Part shown: in pieces, positions 27,286 through 41,287 of the stretch
How the letters are laid out: every line of letters starts with the position of its first letter
How positions within the stretch are numbered: the stretch's first letter is position 1
DNA from: the human T2T-CHM13v2.0 reference genome, Homo sapiens
NCBI RefSeq assembly: GCF_009914755.1
Contig: NC_060927.1
Strand: one strand, 5' to 3'
DNA: 64,000 nt
The notes under the pieces: generated by a model
Database searches by the model: none
What the model was told of the DNA's origin: nothing
Seen by the model: only the letters and a program-made list of their open reading frames with translations
Position numbers and translations under genes: made by a program

Positions 27286-29479
27286 AAATAGCGAACAATT
27301 TTCACTTAATGCCAGCTTAAACAAAATATTTCAATCAGGTATAATGCTACTATAGACCTTTTCTCCGTGTTTCATGGTAAAATATAAAATATAACAAGCG
27401 GCTGTTTTGACATAAACAATAAATACATCTTCAATTGATGCTGTTAAGGTTAGAAGTGCACAAGAAGAAACTAAAGCTGCCAAGTCACAACTAGCTAAGC
27501 TGCCACAGGTTTCTTTCAAAGGAACAAGCCAGTTTGTCCACAGTGCTAGTTTTTCTGGCATAATGATTGACTGCTAGATGCCAGCATTAAAACAGGCTGA
27601 GGAGAATGGTGTGAGTTTTTACTGATATCATTCTTCTCCATTCCAAGGAGGGCAATCTCTTTTCCTTTGAAAGACAATGCAAAGCTTCCACTCATTTCTA
27701 TGTCCTATTTCCAATTTACTTTCAATGTCTCTGTTGATTGAAAAAGTAAACATAATCTTTGAAGTTTAGTAAGTGTAATTTTGTTTCTTTCACTGTGAAG
27801 TGTTTCCTAATGAAAGCAGAAAGAATATAAGTTTTGCATCTTTCAGAAAATGCAACTTTCCAAACTTGGAACAGCTTTCTTACAAAGCTACGTACTTCCT
27901 TCCAGATTACTTTCCCTTCTATTATTTCTTTGCAGAAAAGAAAAAAATTATTTTCACAGAAATTTCTGTTTGATTACAATTTGCTGATCACATTGTATTT
28001 GCCAAATGCAGTGCTAAATGGATGAGGCACTGGTTTTCAGTGAATCACAGCCAGTTTGAACTTTACTTCCATCACTTCCTAGTTGAAAGCTCTTGGATAT
28101 TTTACCTAATCTCTCTCTGAACCTGTGATTTATCATTTCTAAAATGGACTGAAAGACCTTCTTTTAAGTTTGCTGCCAAATAAAACAAGATATGGGTAAA
28201 GATCTGGGCACATAGCAGGAATTCAGTAAATGTCATTTATTTTTCTCCGCCCTCCCATGCCCTATGCTATTGAGATATTTTATGGTAAAAAATACAAAAT
28301 TGTCTAATGTTAACATGTGAAAAATAAATGATGATTCTCATTTAGTCAGACCAGAAAGATATATATTCAAAACAAATGAGTTTTCTACAAAATTGCAATT
28401 AGGAAATATTCATTCTCTCTGCACATTTGACCAAAAAAGTAGCCATTCCCATTATATACATAAAATGTAAAAATATACATGTTAGTATAAGAATTGCAAA
28501 ATTGGCTTTTAAAAAGCTGAGCTAAAGCAATTTTTTCACTGACTATATAAAGACACATTTCATCCAGAAGAGTTACATAAGGCAAGCACCATTTTCTGGT
28601 TGTATACCCAAAGCAATTTCTCTTCTTTTTCTTCTGAAGAAAATTTTTCTGTTTTCCCTGCTGCTGTAGCCTAGCTGCAATGTTTTAATAGCCCATTCAG
28701 TTCTTAGAGGATTTCATCATATTCCAGTTGACACCAGCTGTTCTGAGGAGTCCTAAGGGCTCACTTTGATTCCCAATACATAACCTGAGTTCGGCAAGTC
28801 TAGTTTAACATTGTCCACATCAATGTAAGAATTAAAAGGAATCTGAGGGTGTTAAATCAAAAATAGTTTTCACTTAGGCAAGGAGCTGAAGATGAAATGA
28901 AGGCTAAAGGGTTGTATGCTTTTCCAGAAGATCAGTGAATCCCACAACAGAGCACTTGTGTCACATAGAATCCTTATCGAGCAAGTTATCTACCCAAGGA
29001 GAAAAGTGCTACAAGTTTCCATTAGGAAGATTCATTTGCTATTTGTTAAGTTGCTGGAATTTTCAGCCTTCTCAGTGAAACTTTTAGCTGGTTAAATACA
29101 TGGCATACTGGAAAAAGCTGAAAAAAAGTAAGGCTCAAAATTTCTAGTTAAGTTTTTTAACCTCTCCTCTCACTCATAATGTTATTTTGACTCAGTTTTC
29201 TCATCTGTAAACTGGCCAAACTAAAATCAGTCCTTCCTACTATAGCCCTATGAGTATCAAAAGAGATAGTAAATGAGATAAAGAATGTGAATGAGTTAAA
29301 AGAGTTGTAAGGTATTTTACAAATATGGGTTGTACAATGGTTTTCATACAATAACGTAAGTTTTGCATTCAGGTAAATGTGGAGGAGAAAAAAAAATCTA
29401 TGCCTGAGGAATAAGTGTGTGAGAAAAATAATATAAGGTACATTAAGAGTGTGATGAATAGAAGAGTGTATGTCAATGT

Positions 29480-30220
29480 ATACATGGAAGAGATGAAGTT
29501 AATCAGTAACGTCAAGACTGGACTTTGAGGTATCTGAATGCTAGATGAGATAACTGGATTCTATACTGTAGATGACAGGGTATCATGCAGTGCTTTTGAG
29601 CAAAGAATAGGAAGACTAAAACTTGGTAATGAAACTGTGGAAGCTTAGAAGATTGATGACAGGGAGTAAGCCTGGCTCCAGAGTTCAGGTGGTAAATAAT
29701 AGTAATCATTCAGGGATAGATAAATGATGATTTATATTATGATTTTGGTACTAAGGATGAAAAGAGGTAGGTGAGATATATTCTAAAAGAAAACCATCCC
29801 ATGTTTTGGTCAACTTTGAACTAGGAGCCTATACATCCTGTTCACCACTGTATTTCAATACCTCAATCAATACTCAACACATCTGTACTCAATGACTAAT
29901 AATGAATGGTTGTTTAATAATGAATTAGAATGGAAGTGAGGACATGAAGAGAACAAAAGAAGATCCTGAGATGCTCATCTTGAGTGATCCAGAAAAATAG
30001 TGGTATAACTGATAATCTGTACAGTTAGTCAGTAATTTTGAAAGAGAAACTAGCTTTAGGAAAAGGACAGTTCAATATTATGCACAATTACAGTTTGCAT
30101 ATCAATAAGACATCAAGATAGAGCTGTTAAGAAAGTGGTTGAAGGTGCCAAATAGAAGAGGCCTGAGAGAGAAATTTGAGATTTGAGATGTAAAGAACAT
30201 TTGGTGAGATGATAGATGGA
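29480..30220 (-). mobile_element. L2 fragments
   Basis: Purine-rich degraded L2 antisense motifs; boundaries approximate. Confidence 0.5.
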
Positions 30221-31189
30221 GTCCACAAAAATCTTTTCCAGATGCTTGGAATTCACACACATGTACTCACACAGAAGGTTGGCAGAGATCTTTAAGTAAC
30301 TTGAATAAAACTAGTTCCTGCTCCTGCCCTAGACCTACCTAGATCTTGTGAAAATGCCTTGAAAAGAAATGCAGTGCTGACCTCAGACTTTCTTGAGGAG
30401 ATGATCAAAGGGGATTACATTTGTCTACGGATAATAGAACTTCCTCAAAAACTTGTTTTCATCCATCTCTTTCCCAAGCCCCGCATAGCCCAATCATAGT
30501 TCCAGTTTCTTTCCCCTTTCTCATATGCTCTTCTCCTGACAACATTTTCAGTTCTGAGGCCTTTTCTCTTTTTCTCCTTCCCTACTGCCCCCTCCCAAAC
30601 TCTATGACTCTTCTTTAGTTTTTCAGCATTACAAAGAATAGCACCAAGTTTGGTGCCACAAAGGATCCTTTTTCTTTATACAAATGAAAGAGTGAGAGAG
30701 TTGTAAATATTTACAGTTCAATACTGTTTTTCTTGTCATGATTTAAAATTCTACAGTGGCACTTTGACCCTGCTCTATGCTGTGGTAAGAACAAAAAGAA
30801 AACAATGCGAAGACCATTCAAAGTTCAGAGCTTTCTCAAGAAAAATGGCTTTGTTTTGAAGCCAAAGCATCATGCATGATGTTCTTTAGTAAAACACAAA
30901 TAATATGACCGCTTTATCTTCAAGAACTCTTTCTTAATCTCACCTCTAGTTTCTGAAATTCTGGAATTAACATCTAATGTTGTAATGGCTACAGGTAATG
31001 CTATTATTTTCTGCCTCAATTCAAACCCATACCCGACAGCTCCAACTCTTCAAGATAGCTAATGATTATGACAAGTGAATAAATATCAATAAATCAATAA
31101 AATATAAGCAATACATAAATTATTAGGGACTTTTTTGAGGGGCTCACTTTTCATTGTTTGGAGCTACCAGGGTCTGGTGCTAAGAAGTT

Positions 31190-32966
31190 CATTGTCACCC
31201 CAGAGTCACTGTCACCCCAGAGTCATTGTCACCCCAGAGTCATTGTCACCCCAGAGACACTGTCACCCCAGAGTCATTGTCACCCCAGAGACACTGTCAC
31301 CCCAGAGTCACTGTCACCCCAGAGACACTGTCACCCCAGACTGTCACCCCAGACTCACTGTCACCCCAGAGTCACTGTCACCCCAGAGTCATTGTCACCC
31401 CAGAGTCATTGTCACCTCAGAGTCATTGTCACCCCAGAGTCATTGTCACCCCAGAGTCATTGTCACCTCAGTCATTGTCACCCCAGAGTCATTGTCACCC
31501 CAGAGTCATTGTCACCCCAGAGACATTGTCACCCCAGAGTCATTGTCACCCCAGAGACACTGTCACCCCAGAGTCATTGTCACCCCAGAGTCATTGTCAC
31601 CCCAGAGACATTGTCACCCCAGAGACACTGTCACCCCAGACTCACTGTCACCCCAGAGTCATTGTCACCCCAGACATTGTCACCCCAGAGACACTGTCAC
31701 CCCAAACTCACTGTCACCCCAGTCATTGTCACCCCAGAGTCATTGTCACCCCAGACTCACTGTCACCCCAGTCATTGTCACCCCAGAGTCATTGTCACCC
31801 CAGAGACATTGTCACCCCAGAGTCATTGTCACCCCACAGACATTGTCACCCCACAGACATTGTCACCCCAGAGACATTGTCACGCCAGAGTCATTGTCAC
31901 CCCAGAGACATTGTCACCCCAGAGACACTGTCACCCCAGAGTCACTGTCACCCCAGAGACATTGTCACCCGAGTCATTGTCACCCCAGAGACACTGTCAC
32001 CCCAGAGTCATTGTCACCCCAGAGTCACTGTCACCCCAGAGTCACTGTCACCCCAGAGTCATTGTCACCCCAGAGACACTGTCACCCCAGAGTCACTGTC
32101 ACCCCAGAGTCACTGTCACCCAAGTCATTGTCACCCCAGAGTCATTGTCACCCCAGAGACATTGTCACCCCAGAGACATTGTCACCCCAGAGTCATTGTC
32201 ACCCCAGAGACATTGTCACCCCAGAGTCACTGTCACCCCAGAGTCACTGTCACCCCAGAGACACTGTCACCCCAGAGTCACTGTCACCCGAGTCACTGTC
32301 ACCCCAGAGTCACTGTCACCCCAGAGTCACTGTCACCCCACAGACATGGTCACCCCAGAGTCATTGTCACCCCAGAGACATTGTCACCCCAGAGACATTG
32401 TCACCCCAGAGTCACTGTCACCCCAGAGTCACTGTCACCTCAGTCATTGTCACCCCAGACTCATTGTCACCCCAGAGTCATTGTCACCCCAGAGTCAGTC
32501 ATTGTCACCCCAGAGTCATTGTCACCCCAGAGTCATTGTCACCCCAGAGTCTTTGTCACCTCAGAGTCATTGTCACCCCAGAGTCATTGTCACCCCAGAG
32601 TCACTGTCACCCCAGAGGAGTCATTGTCACCCCAGAGTCAGTCATTGTCACCCCAGAGTCATTGTCACCCCAGAGTCATTCATTGTCACCCCAGAGTCAT
32701 TGTCACCCCAGAGTCATTGTCAGCTCAGAGTCATTGTCACCCCAGAGTCATTGTCACCCCAGAGTCATTGTCACCCCATTGTCACCCCAGAGTCATTGTC
32801 ACCTCAGAGTCATTGTCACCTCAGAGTCATTGTCACTCCAGAGTCATTGTCACCTCAGAGTCAATGTCACCCCAGAGTCATCGTCACCCCAGAGACATTG
32901 TCACCCCAGAGTCATTGTCACCCCAGAGACATTGTCACCCCAGAGTCATTGTCACCCCAGAGTCAG
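31190..32966. repeat. Minisatellite/VNTR, 17-bp unit CATTGTCACCCCAGAGT, ~105 copies with variant units
   Basis: Direct inspection; the 17-aa period of the ORF translations equals 3 units (51 nt). Confidence 0.98.
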
Positions 32967-32989
32967 TGCTTTGACCTTTGATTCAGGAG

Positions 32990-33075
32990 TTCTTCCCTTC
33001 CTCCCTCCCTCCCTTATTCCCTTCCTTCCTTACTTCCTTCCTCTTTCTTTCCCTCTCTCTCTCATTCTTCCTTCA
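32990..33075. repeat. CT-rich low-complexity tract
   Basis: Direct inspection. Confidence 0.85.
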
Positions 33076-33109
33076 ATGTTATCATTGTCATTTGCGGTCT
33101 GAAATTTCC

Positions 33110-33535
33110 TTTTAAAAATAAAAGTAAGTGCATATAATAAAATGTATAGTATTATAAAAGAAAATCAATTCTATTTAAATACAGTTATAAAAATATTTTA
33201 ACAGCTTGTCATATACTAACATATATACTTCTTTATTAGCACATTAAATAAGATTTAGCAGTGGGTATGAAAATATAATTTTGAAGTCAGCAATGTAATA
33301 TTTTGAGATACCTACAATGATTGTAAAGTAATAGGAAACATTTGTGACTTTAATTGATGACAAAGACAAAGATACTCTTTTACTCCAATGTTATTATTTT
33401 TGCCAATATTTATAATTACAGGACATGCTATATATTGAATATAGGTTATTAAAAATTTGGATACATTTTTCTCCCATTTAAATTGATGAGTTAGATGCAA
33501 AGAATCACAGAGACTGCAGGATAAGAATCCTACTA
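33110..33535. mobile_element. hAT-Charlie DNA transposon remnant (Charlie7-like)
   Basis: 'cttctttattagcacattaaataagatttagcagtggg', 'atattttgagatacctacaa' resemble recalled consensus. Confidence 0.5.
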
Positions 33536-34344
33536 GGTTTTATTTCTTGGCTACTTTCTCAAAGCTGGGGACTAGAGCATTGACAACTACAGTATTATCA
33601 AGAATGATGGGATGCTTGTTGAGTGAGACCTTGACAGAAGCTATCATAAGCTAGGACCTATGTCTGCTAGTCATTTAAATTATTTCTATGGTAACAAATG
33701 ACAGGTAGTGAGATCAATACTTCTACTTTGATCATACTGATTTTTTTTTTTTTTTGGTTTGTGTAATCTGGAAAGGAGACAATAAGATGTTTAAGACTGG
33801 GACTATTTCTTTAGCAGCTTTAGACTGACATATGTTTATTTCATCTTACCCAGCAAAACTGTTGAAATAAATTATGAGGCACAAGAAGTGCTGAGTGATT
33901 TTGGTGCAACATGGCAAACTGAGGCAACTGGTTATTGTGAATTGCACATAGGTGGGCTTGAATCATGGCTTTCTGTATCCTTTGGAAAATTGCTTTACAC
34001 CTCTCAATGTATCATAGTTTTTAATTTCTGGACTAGAGACAATATTCACTTGCTAAGGTTGACAAATATCTAAAATTCTACCTAGAGTTTGTAGCATAGT
34101 GCTCAGTACTTAAAAGGCACTGATGTATTATTATTATTATTCAAGTTTATACAACTAGTTACCTAACAAACACTTATGAGTTCTCACTGTGTGTCAATCA
34201 CTATGCCAAACATCAGATTACTTCATTGTCTCAACAAACTTGTGAAATAAAATCTATAATTATCATTCAATTGCATATGAGTAGTTTGAGATTTCTAGAT
34301 GTAAAATAATTTGCTTAAATTTAAGCTGCATACATTTAAGAGTC

Positions 34345-34866
34345 ATAGAAACTGGAAGCCATCTTCCCCAAGGTGAGTCATAGAACCAGATTTCCTTTTC
34401 CCCAAAGCCAGTCATAAAATCTTAAAATATTACTCTTTTTCTCTGCCCTATTTGTGTAAAAACTGTCTATAAAGAAAATATTTGACCTACTTTGTTTGAC
34501 TACAGCTCATACGACCCTCATTCCAGAGAGGGTGCTGCTCCACACTCAGAAGGAAGGAATGCCACAAAGAGAGGCCAAGAAGAATCTAGACAGATAAGCC
34601 TTGCTGGGTTTTCCTATTCAGTCCATTAGTATTAGATGATACACTTTTTGTCCAATCATATTTCTAAATGGCTTTCCATACTTCACTGAACCTAAGCATA
34701 AGAACGGAGAGTGTCTCCTATGCGTCTGGGTCTTCATTCTGAAGGCTGCCATATATACATGTTACATAAGTTTGTATGCCTTTTCTCCAGTTAATCTGCC
34801 TTTCACAACTTTACTTGTCAGTAAATCTTCAGAGGGCCAAACATAAGCTCTCTGTTGACCCCTACA
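34345..34866 (+). mobile_element. MER4-family ERV1 LTR (probably partial)
   Basis: 'cattccagagagggt', 'gagaggccaagaagaatctagacaga', 'tttgtccaatcatatttct', ends cccctaca. Confidence 0.8.
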
Positions 34867-36674
34867 GAGCCCATGTTCTTAGATTCCAACTTCCATTCCC
34901 TATTCCCACACAGACACATAAAATATATCTTACCAGCTACATTTGTGGCAGGTCATTTGTGTCACAAGGTGACAGAATTGGAAATTCTTCTCTTAATGCA
35001 CCATAGTTTAAGTCTTTATAAGTTCCAACACTATACTCCAAAAGCACTTATTTCAATATAAGATTATTCTGTATTTGAACTTCCTCTTTTGTGCTTATGT
35101 TAATGGCAGTCTTTTATTTATTTATTTATTTTTGTAATTTAGTTTTGAAGCTCATCCCACAAATGAATTCCATTTCCTAAAAATGTATGAACAGGCTGTT
35201 CTTTTGGCTATTGACATTCCATTTTGGATTTCACAAAAGGCTTTAAACACAATCACTTTTACAAGCCTGTGATGCAAAGCAAGTGCCTGCCTAATGTTAT
35301 TAAGCAGCCAAAGGGCAGGTAAATTGGCTCTGTTTTCTAAAAATGACTTTCATTTCTATCTAGAACATGATTGCACATTGTCATATAGCACAACGAATAG
35401 TCAAGCACTGAAAAGATAAGCTTTAAAATAGAATATAAATTCTTAAACCAGAAAGGCCATGGTTTTGTAAAAAATAAAAATAAAAAAGTACCTGTCTGAA
35501 GCATCTTTCTAGCACAGCACTGAAAAGAACTTTGCATGTCTCTCAGGCGTTTTCCACTTTTTAAAGCTAGGTTAATTGCAGTGTTACTTTTATTTAACAA
35601 TTTCCTTTGAGTAGATTTTTGAGCTTAAAAAATAGTGACTGATCTGGGAAATGAAAAACTATGACAAAGAAAGCTCGGCTAGAGCTAGAGGCCATAAATG
35701 TTGTTCAATAGAATCTTTCATATTTTACACAACCTATAATTGATGAGTGATAAAAATCAAGAAAGGTTCTTACAATGGTACAAAGTCACTATTTTAAAAA
35801 ATAGCTAAAACCTATTGCTATTTTTAAAAATCCTAGTTCTTTATATTCTATGAGAAAACTACTATGATTCCACAGCTTCAGAAAGAAAACCTATTCATTA
35901 ATCACAAAGCCAAATGTTTTAGAGGAATGTAGAAAAAATGTAGTTTTTAACAAAGACTTTAAAAATTACAATTATTTCCCTTGACTGTTATTTATCAAAC
36001 CAAAATGGCAATGCAATTTAACAGATTTTAAAATTATTTTAGAAGCTAAAATGGACATATTCATGATTCAAATGGTTACATTACTTGTGGCTATAGTGTA
36101 CTAGAGAAAAGTCATTGGGAATAATCAGGATAATCAAATAATATAAAATTTGATTTATTGATCGTTTTGTCAGTTCAGTGAGTACAACCAGTACATTTAT
36201 TAATGAACATCCTAAGAAAGGGTCACTGGGCCTGGGAAAAGCTTCTGTTCATTTTTGCATTTGTTTGTTTAATCTGTTTTGATATTTGATAGAGTCCTAG
36301 AGAAAACTAGATAACTTCCAGTCTCCTCAAAGTTGGGGAAAATCTGTGTGATGTCCCTTGTCTACCACATCTTAGTCTGCCAGTTGCTCTAATGGTTGTC
36401 AAAAAACAGTTTGAGGTATCTACGTCTCAGTCCTGGCAGGACTGGGGGTAACCTTCTTATCATGAGCTGAGAAAATAACTCATTCATTTATGTACTTATT
36501 CATTCAAAAAATAATCATGGGGCAACTTCTGTGTGTTTGCTTTTCTGGAACTTCGTAGTATGGGAGAATGGCAAACAGAATTAATCAAAAAGTAAAATAA
36601 AGTATAAAGCAAAAATTTCAACAAGGACTATAAAGATAGATGAATGATGCTATTGAAGTATGGAGGACTGACTT

Positions 36675-37150
36675 GGAGGACAGCCTCAATTCACTCTCAG
36701 CTCCTATATCCATGCACTTTGGGATGTATCTTTGCAGCTCTTCCTAATAAGAGGTAAATTTATTTATACACTCTGAATCTGTGCAGACCTTGTGACTTTC
36801 TTTGGCCAACAGAAAGTGACAGAAGTGACATCACAACAGTTCTGAACCTAGACCTCAAGAGGCCTGTGAGTTTCCTCTTTCTGTTCCTCTGCCCTCATCA
36901 TGAGAACATGCCTAGGACACCTCTACTGGATAAAAGAGATATGTAGAACAAGGTGGAGTCAGCCCAGTTGTCCCAACAAAGGCTCTGACACACGAGAGAA
37001 CTCAGAGAAGATCAGCAAAACTGCTTAGGTAACTCACAGCTGACCACAGATACATAAATGTGTCCAGCCAAGCTCCTCTCTGGTCAGTAGAATGTGCCAC
37101 TGAGGTTCCATTATTGTTTCTTATGCAGCTCTAGTATGCAAATACATAAC
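36675..37150 (+). mobile_element. MLT1H-like LTR inserted in L2 remnants
   Basis: 'ccttgtgactttctttggccaacagaa...gaagtgac', 'gacctcaagaggcc'. Confidence 0.7.
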
Positions 37151-38961
37151 AGACTTTGGAATATTTGTTGAGTTCAGGCACAGCTTTACTGGGGAAGGTA
37201 TTCTTCATTCTTATGTAAAGAACGTTTTTAGAAAGACTGAAGATTAACAAAGAAAATGAAAGGAGAAAAGAACATTGAAGGTAGATAAAAACAGAGGTAA
37301 AAAAAACTATTGGCAACATTTATAAGGAGGCTGGGGTGGCAGGCAGAAAAGTTGGAGGTGAAGGTTGCAGTTGTAAGACTTCGTAAACCATTTTGAATTA
37401 TTTTGTCTTTAATCTGAAAATAATGAAAAGACTTTGAAGGGTTTTAAGCAGAGACAGAACATGAGTAAGATGCATTTGGCTACAAGGACAGAACATTGGT
37501 AAAAGAATGGCTTCCCAGGAGAAAACAAGAAGAAAGTGGTGGGTTATTTTTAGTTTAGGACAGTGAATCAAGTCATCAGCCTAAACTTAAATCATCATCA
37601 TAAGTTTATGATGGGTCTTCATATCTTTGTCCTAAATTACCTTCAGTCCACCTTGTGAGGCTGCATGGTATAGTTAAAAAAACAACAACATAGGTTATGG
37701 AGTTAAACATAACTGAGTTTTACTTCTGCCTCCTCCCAGTTATGAGCTTTACTTCTTTAGTTTGCTTGAAAAAGTAAAATTCCCCCTTTCCAGCATACCT
37801 CTACATGGATCCTCCAAATTGCTAATTTATTTATTCATTCATGATCACTCTCTGTCTCCTATCTGTGCTCCTTTTGCCTCCCAGATAATGTAATATTTTA
37901 TTCTTTTGTAAACTATAAAGTATACAAAGGCATTAGTTTTAATTACCTTGGCTCGAGCCACACCTCCTCTATAAAGCCATTCCTGATTATTCCCAATGAC
38001 TTTTCTCTAGTACACTATAGCTTGTTCCTACCATCTAATTAGCGCTTTAAAGTGATGGTCAGCAAGGATGCTTGTGGCTGCAAATATCAAATAACTTTAT
38101 TAAAGTTACTTAAGTAATGCAGTCTTTTTAATATCTCTTAAGGACAACATGGAAGTAGATAGATTCAGGCTGGATCAATGCCTTCAAAGCTTTAAGTTAA
38201 TATCTCTGTTATCTTCATGACCTTGTCTTTTGGGTTGCAAAATGTCTGAAACTTCCTCTGAGGTTCTGTTGGCCAAAATTGGGTCATATGCAAAACCCAC
38301 AGATCAATATTTGGCAAAGGAAAATGGAATTTCCCAGACTGGCTTCGTTTCTCCATTACTCAACTTCTCAGCTAGACATTGAAGGTATGTTGGAAGTAAA
38401 TGACTATTGGGTACGCAGCCAACAGTGACTGCTGCTCGTGGCTTAATGATCATTCATGTTCTGATTCATCTACCTGGGTGCTTCTCTAGATTTTTAACAT
38501 CCAGATAAGGCAATTTCCCACAGCTCTCTGAACATACGCTGATTTCTTTCCCTGTACCTTAGCACATGCAATTTTTTCATGTGGAATGCCAACATTTTTC
38601 TTATTCTATTTGCCTAAAGAAAGATTTGACTTTTTAAGCCCTATACAATCATCACTTCTTCTGTAAAGCCTTCATTGAATCCCATACCTAGGTACATATA
38701 TAATCACTTCTTTCTTTGTATTAGTTGTGTTTTTGTATATACCTGCATTATTGTACATATTGTACTGCATTAGGATTTACTTCTTTGTCTGTCCATGCTT
38801 CAGCATCCCCATCTGTGGGTATAACCCATTGTCTTTGTCGAAATTCTCTGTTATTTATCCTGAAGTCTAGCACAATTCAAAGCATTTGGGGTAGTGTTAG
38901 GCGATGAAAAACTTGTCAGGACATAATTTTCCATTGACAGATATTTAAATAGCAAACAGGG

Positions 38962-41287
38962 TGTATTAGTTCATTTTCATGCTGCTAATAAAGACATACC
39001 TGAGACTGGGGAATTTACAAAAGAAAAAGGTTTAATGGACTTACAGTTCCACATGGCTGCAGAGGCCTCACAATCATGGTGGAAGGCAAAGAGGAGCAAG
39101 TCACATCTTATGTGGATGGATGCTGGCAGGGAAGAAGAGAGAGAGAACTTGTGCAGGGAAACTCCCATTTTTGAAACCATCAGATTTCATGAGATTTATT
39201 CATTATCATGAGAACAGCATGGGAAATACCCACCCCCATGATTCAATTACCTCACACTGGGTTCCTCCCATGACATGTGGAAATAGTGGGAGTTACAATT
39301 CAAGATGAAATTTGGGTGGGGACACAGCCAAACTATATCATTCCACCCCAGCCCCTCCAAATCTCATGTCTTTACATTTCAAAACCAATCATACCTTCCC
39401 AACAGTCACCCAAAGTCTTAACTCATTTCAGGATTAACTCAAAAGTTCACAGTTCAAAGTCTCATCTGAAATAAGGCAAGTCCCTTCCACCTATAAGACT
39501 GTAAAGTTAAAGCAAGTTAGTTACTTCCTAGATACAATGTGGGTACAGGCATTGGGTAAATACAGCCATTCCAAATAGGAGAAATTGGCCAAAACAAAGG
39601 GGCTACAGGCCCCATGCAAGTCCAAAATCTAGCGAGGCAGTCAAATCTTAAAGTTCCAAAATGATCTCCTTTGATTCCATGTCTCACATCCAGGTCACAG
39701 TGATGCAAGAGGTGGGCTACTATGGCCTTGAGCAGCTCCACCCCTGTGACTTTGCAGGGTATAGCCCCCCTCCTGGCTGCTTTCACTGGCTGGCATTGTG
39801 TGTCTGCGGCTTTTCCAGCTGCACAGTGCAAGCTGTTGGTGGATCTACCATTCTGGGGTCTGGAGGATGGTGGCCCTCTTCTCACAGCTCTATTAGGCAG
39901 TGTCCCATTAGGGACTCTGTGTGAGGATCCAACCCACATTTTCCTTCTGCATTGCCCTAGTGGAGGTCCTCCATGAGAGCCCCAACCCTGCAGCAAATTT
40001 CTTCCTGGACATCCAGGCACTTCCATACATCCTCTGAAATATAGGCAGAGGTTCCAAAACCCCAATTCTTGACTTCTTGCACTAGCAGGTTCAATACCAC
40101 TTGGAGGCTGTCAAGGCTTGGGGCTTGAACCCTCTGAAGCCACAGCCCAAGCTCTACATTAGCCTCTTTCAGCCACAGCTGGAGTGGCTGGGACACAGGC
40201 ACCAAGTTCCTAGACTGCACAGAGCAGAGAGAACCTTGGCCCAGCCCACAAATCCATTTTTGTCTCCTAAACCTCTCTGCCTGTGATGGGAGTGTTTGCC
40301 CCAAAGGTCTCTGAGATGCCCTGGAGACATTTTCCCCATTGTCTTGGTGATTAACATTTGGCTCCTCATTACTTATGCAAATTTCTGCAGCCAGCTTGAA
40401 TTTCCCCAAAGAAAATGGGGTTTTCTTTTCTATCACATTGTCAGGCTGCAAATTGTCCAAACTTTTATGCTCTGTTTCCCTTTTAAAACTGAATGCCTTT
40501 AACAGCACCTAAGTCACCTCTTCAATGCTTTGTTGCTTAGAAATGTCTTCCAGAGATATCCTAAATTATCTCTCTCAAATTCAAAGTTCCACAAATCTCT
40601 AGGGCAGAGGCAAAATGCCACCAGTCTCTTTGCTGAAATATAACAAGAGTCACCTTTGCTCCAGTTCCCAACAAATTCCTCATCTCCATTTGAGAGATGC
40701 CTCAGCCTGGATTTCATTGTCCATATCATTAACAGCATTCTGGTCAAAGCCATTCAACAAGTCTCTAGGGAGTTCCAAACTTTCCCACATTTTTCTTTCT
40801 TTTTCTAAGCCCTCCAAACTGTTCCAACCCTGCCTGTTACCCAGTTCCAAGTTCTCTTCCACATTTTCAGGTATCTTTCCAGCAGTGCCCCACTCTACTG
40901 GTACCAATTTACTGTATTAGTTTGTTTTCACACTGCTAATAAAGACATACCTGAGACTGGGCAGTTTACAAAAGAAAGAGATTTAATGGACTTTCACTTT
41001 CACAGGGCTGGGGAGGCCTCACAATCATGGTGGAAGTCAAGGAGGAGCAAGTCACATCTTACATGGATGATGGCAGGCAAAACGAGAGAGAGAGCTTGTG
41101 CAGGGAAACTCCAATTTTTAAAACTGTCAGATCTCACAAGACTTATTCATTATCATAAGAACAGCATGGGAAAGACCTGCCCCCATGATTCAATTACCTA
41201 CCACTGGGTTCCTGCCACAACATGTGGGAACTGTGGAAGTTGCAATTCAAGATGAGATTTGGGTGGGGAAACAGCCAAACCATATCA
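38962..41287 (-). mobile_element. Full-length THE1 (THE1B/C-like) MaLR: LTR 38962-39340, internal 39341-40912, LTR 40913-41287
   Basis: Two ~375-bp direct LTRs, ~1.57-kb internal region with THE1-int ORF remnants (e.g. MWESLELPRDLLNGFDQNA), 5-bp TSD caggg / taggg. Confidence 0.95.

Noticed and set aside
31190-32966. CRISPR-like repeat/spacer array
   Set aside because: The variable parts are 7-bp point variants of one sequence, not unique spacers; no cas genes; primate DNA
31135-33102. 582-655-aa ORFs as annotated CDS
   Set aside because: They arise from a stop-free 17-bp repeat and start at TTG, with no expression evidence; kept only as a hypothesis
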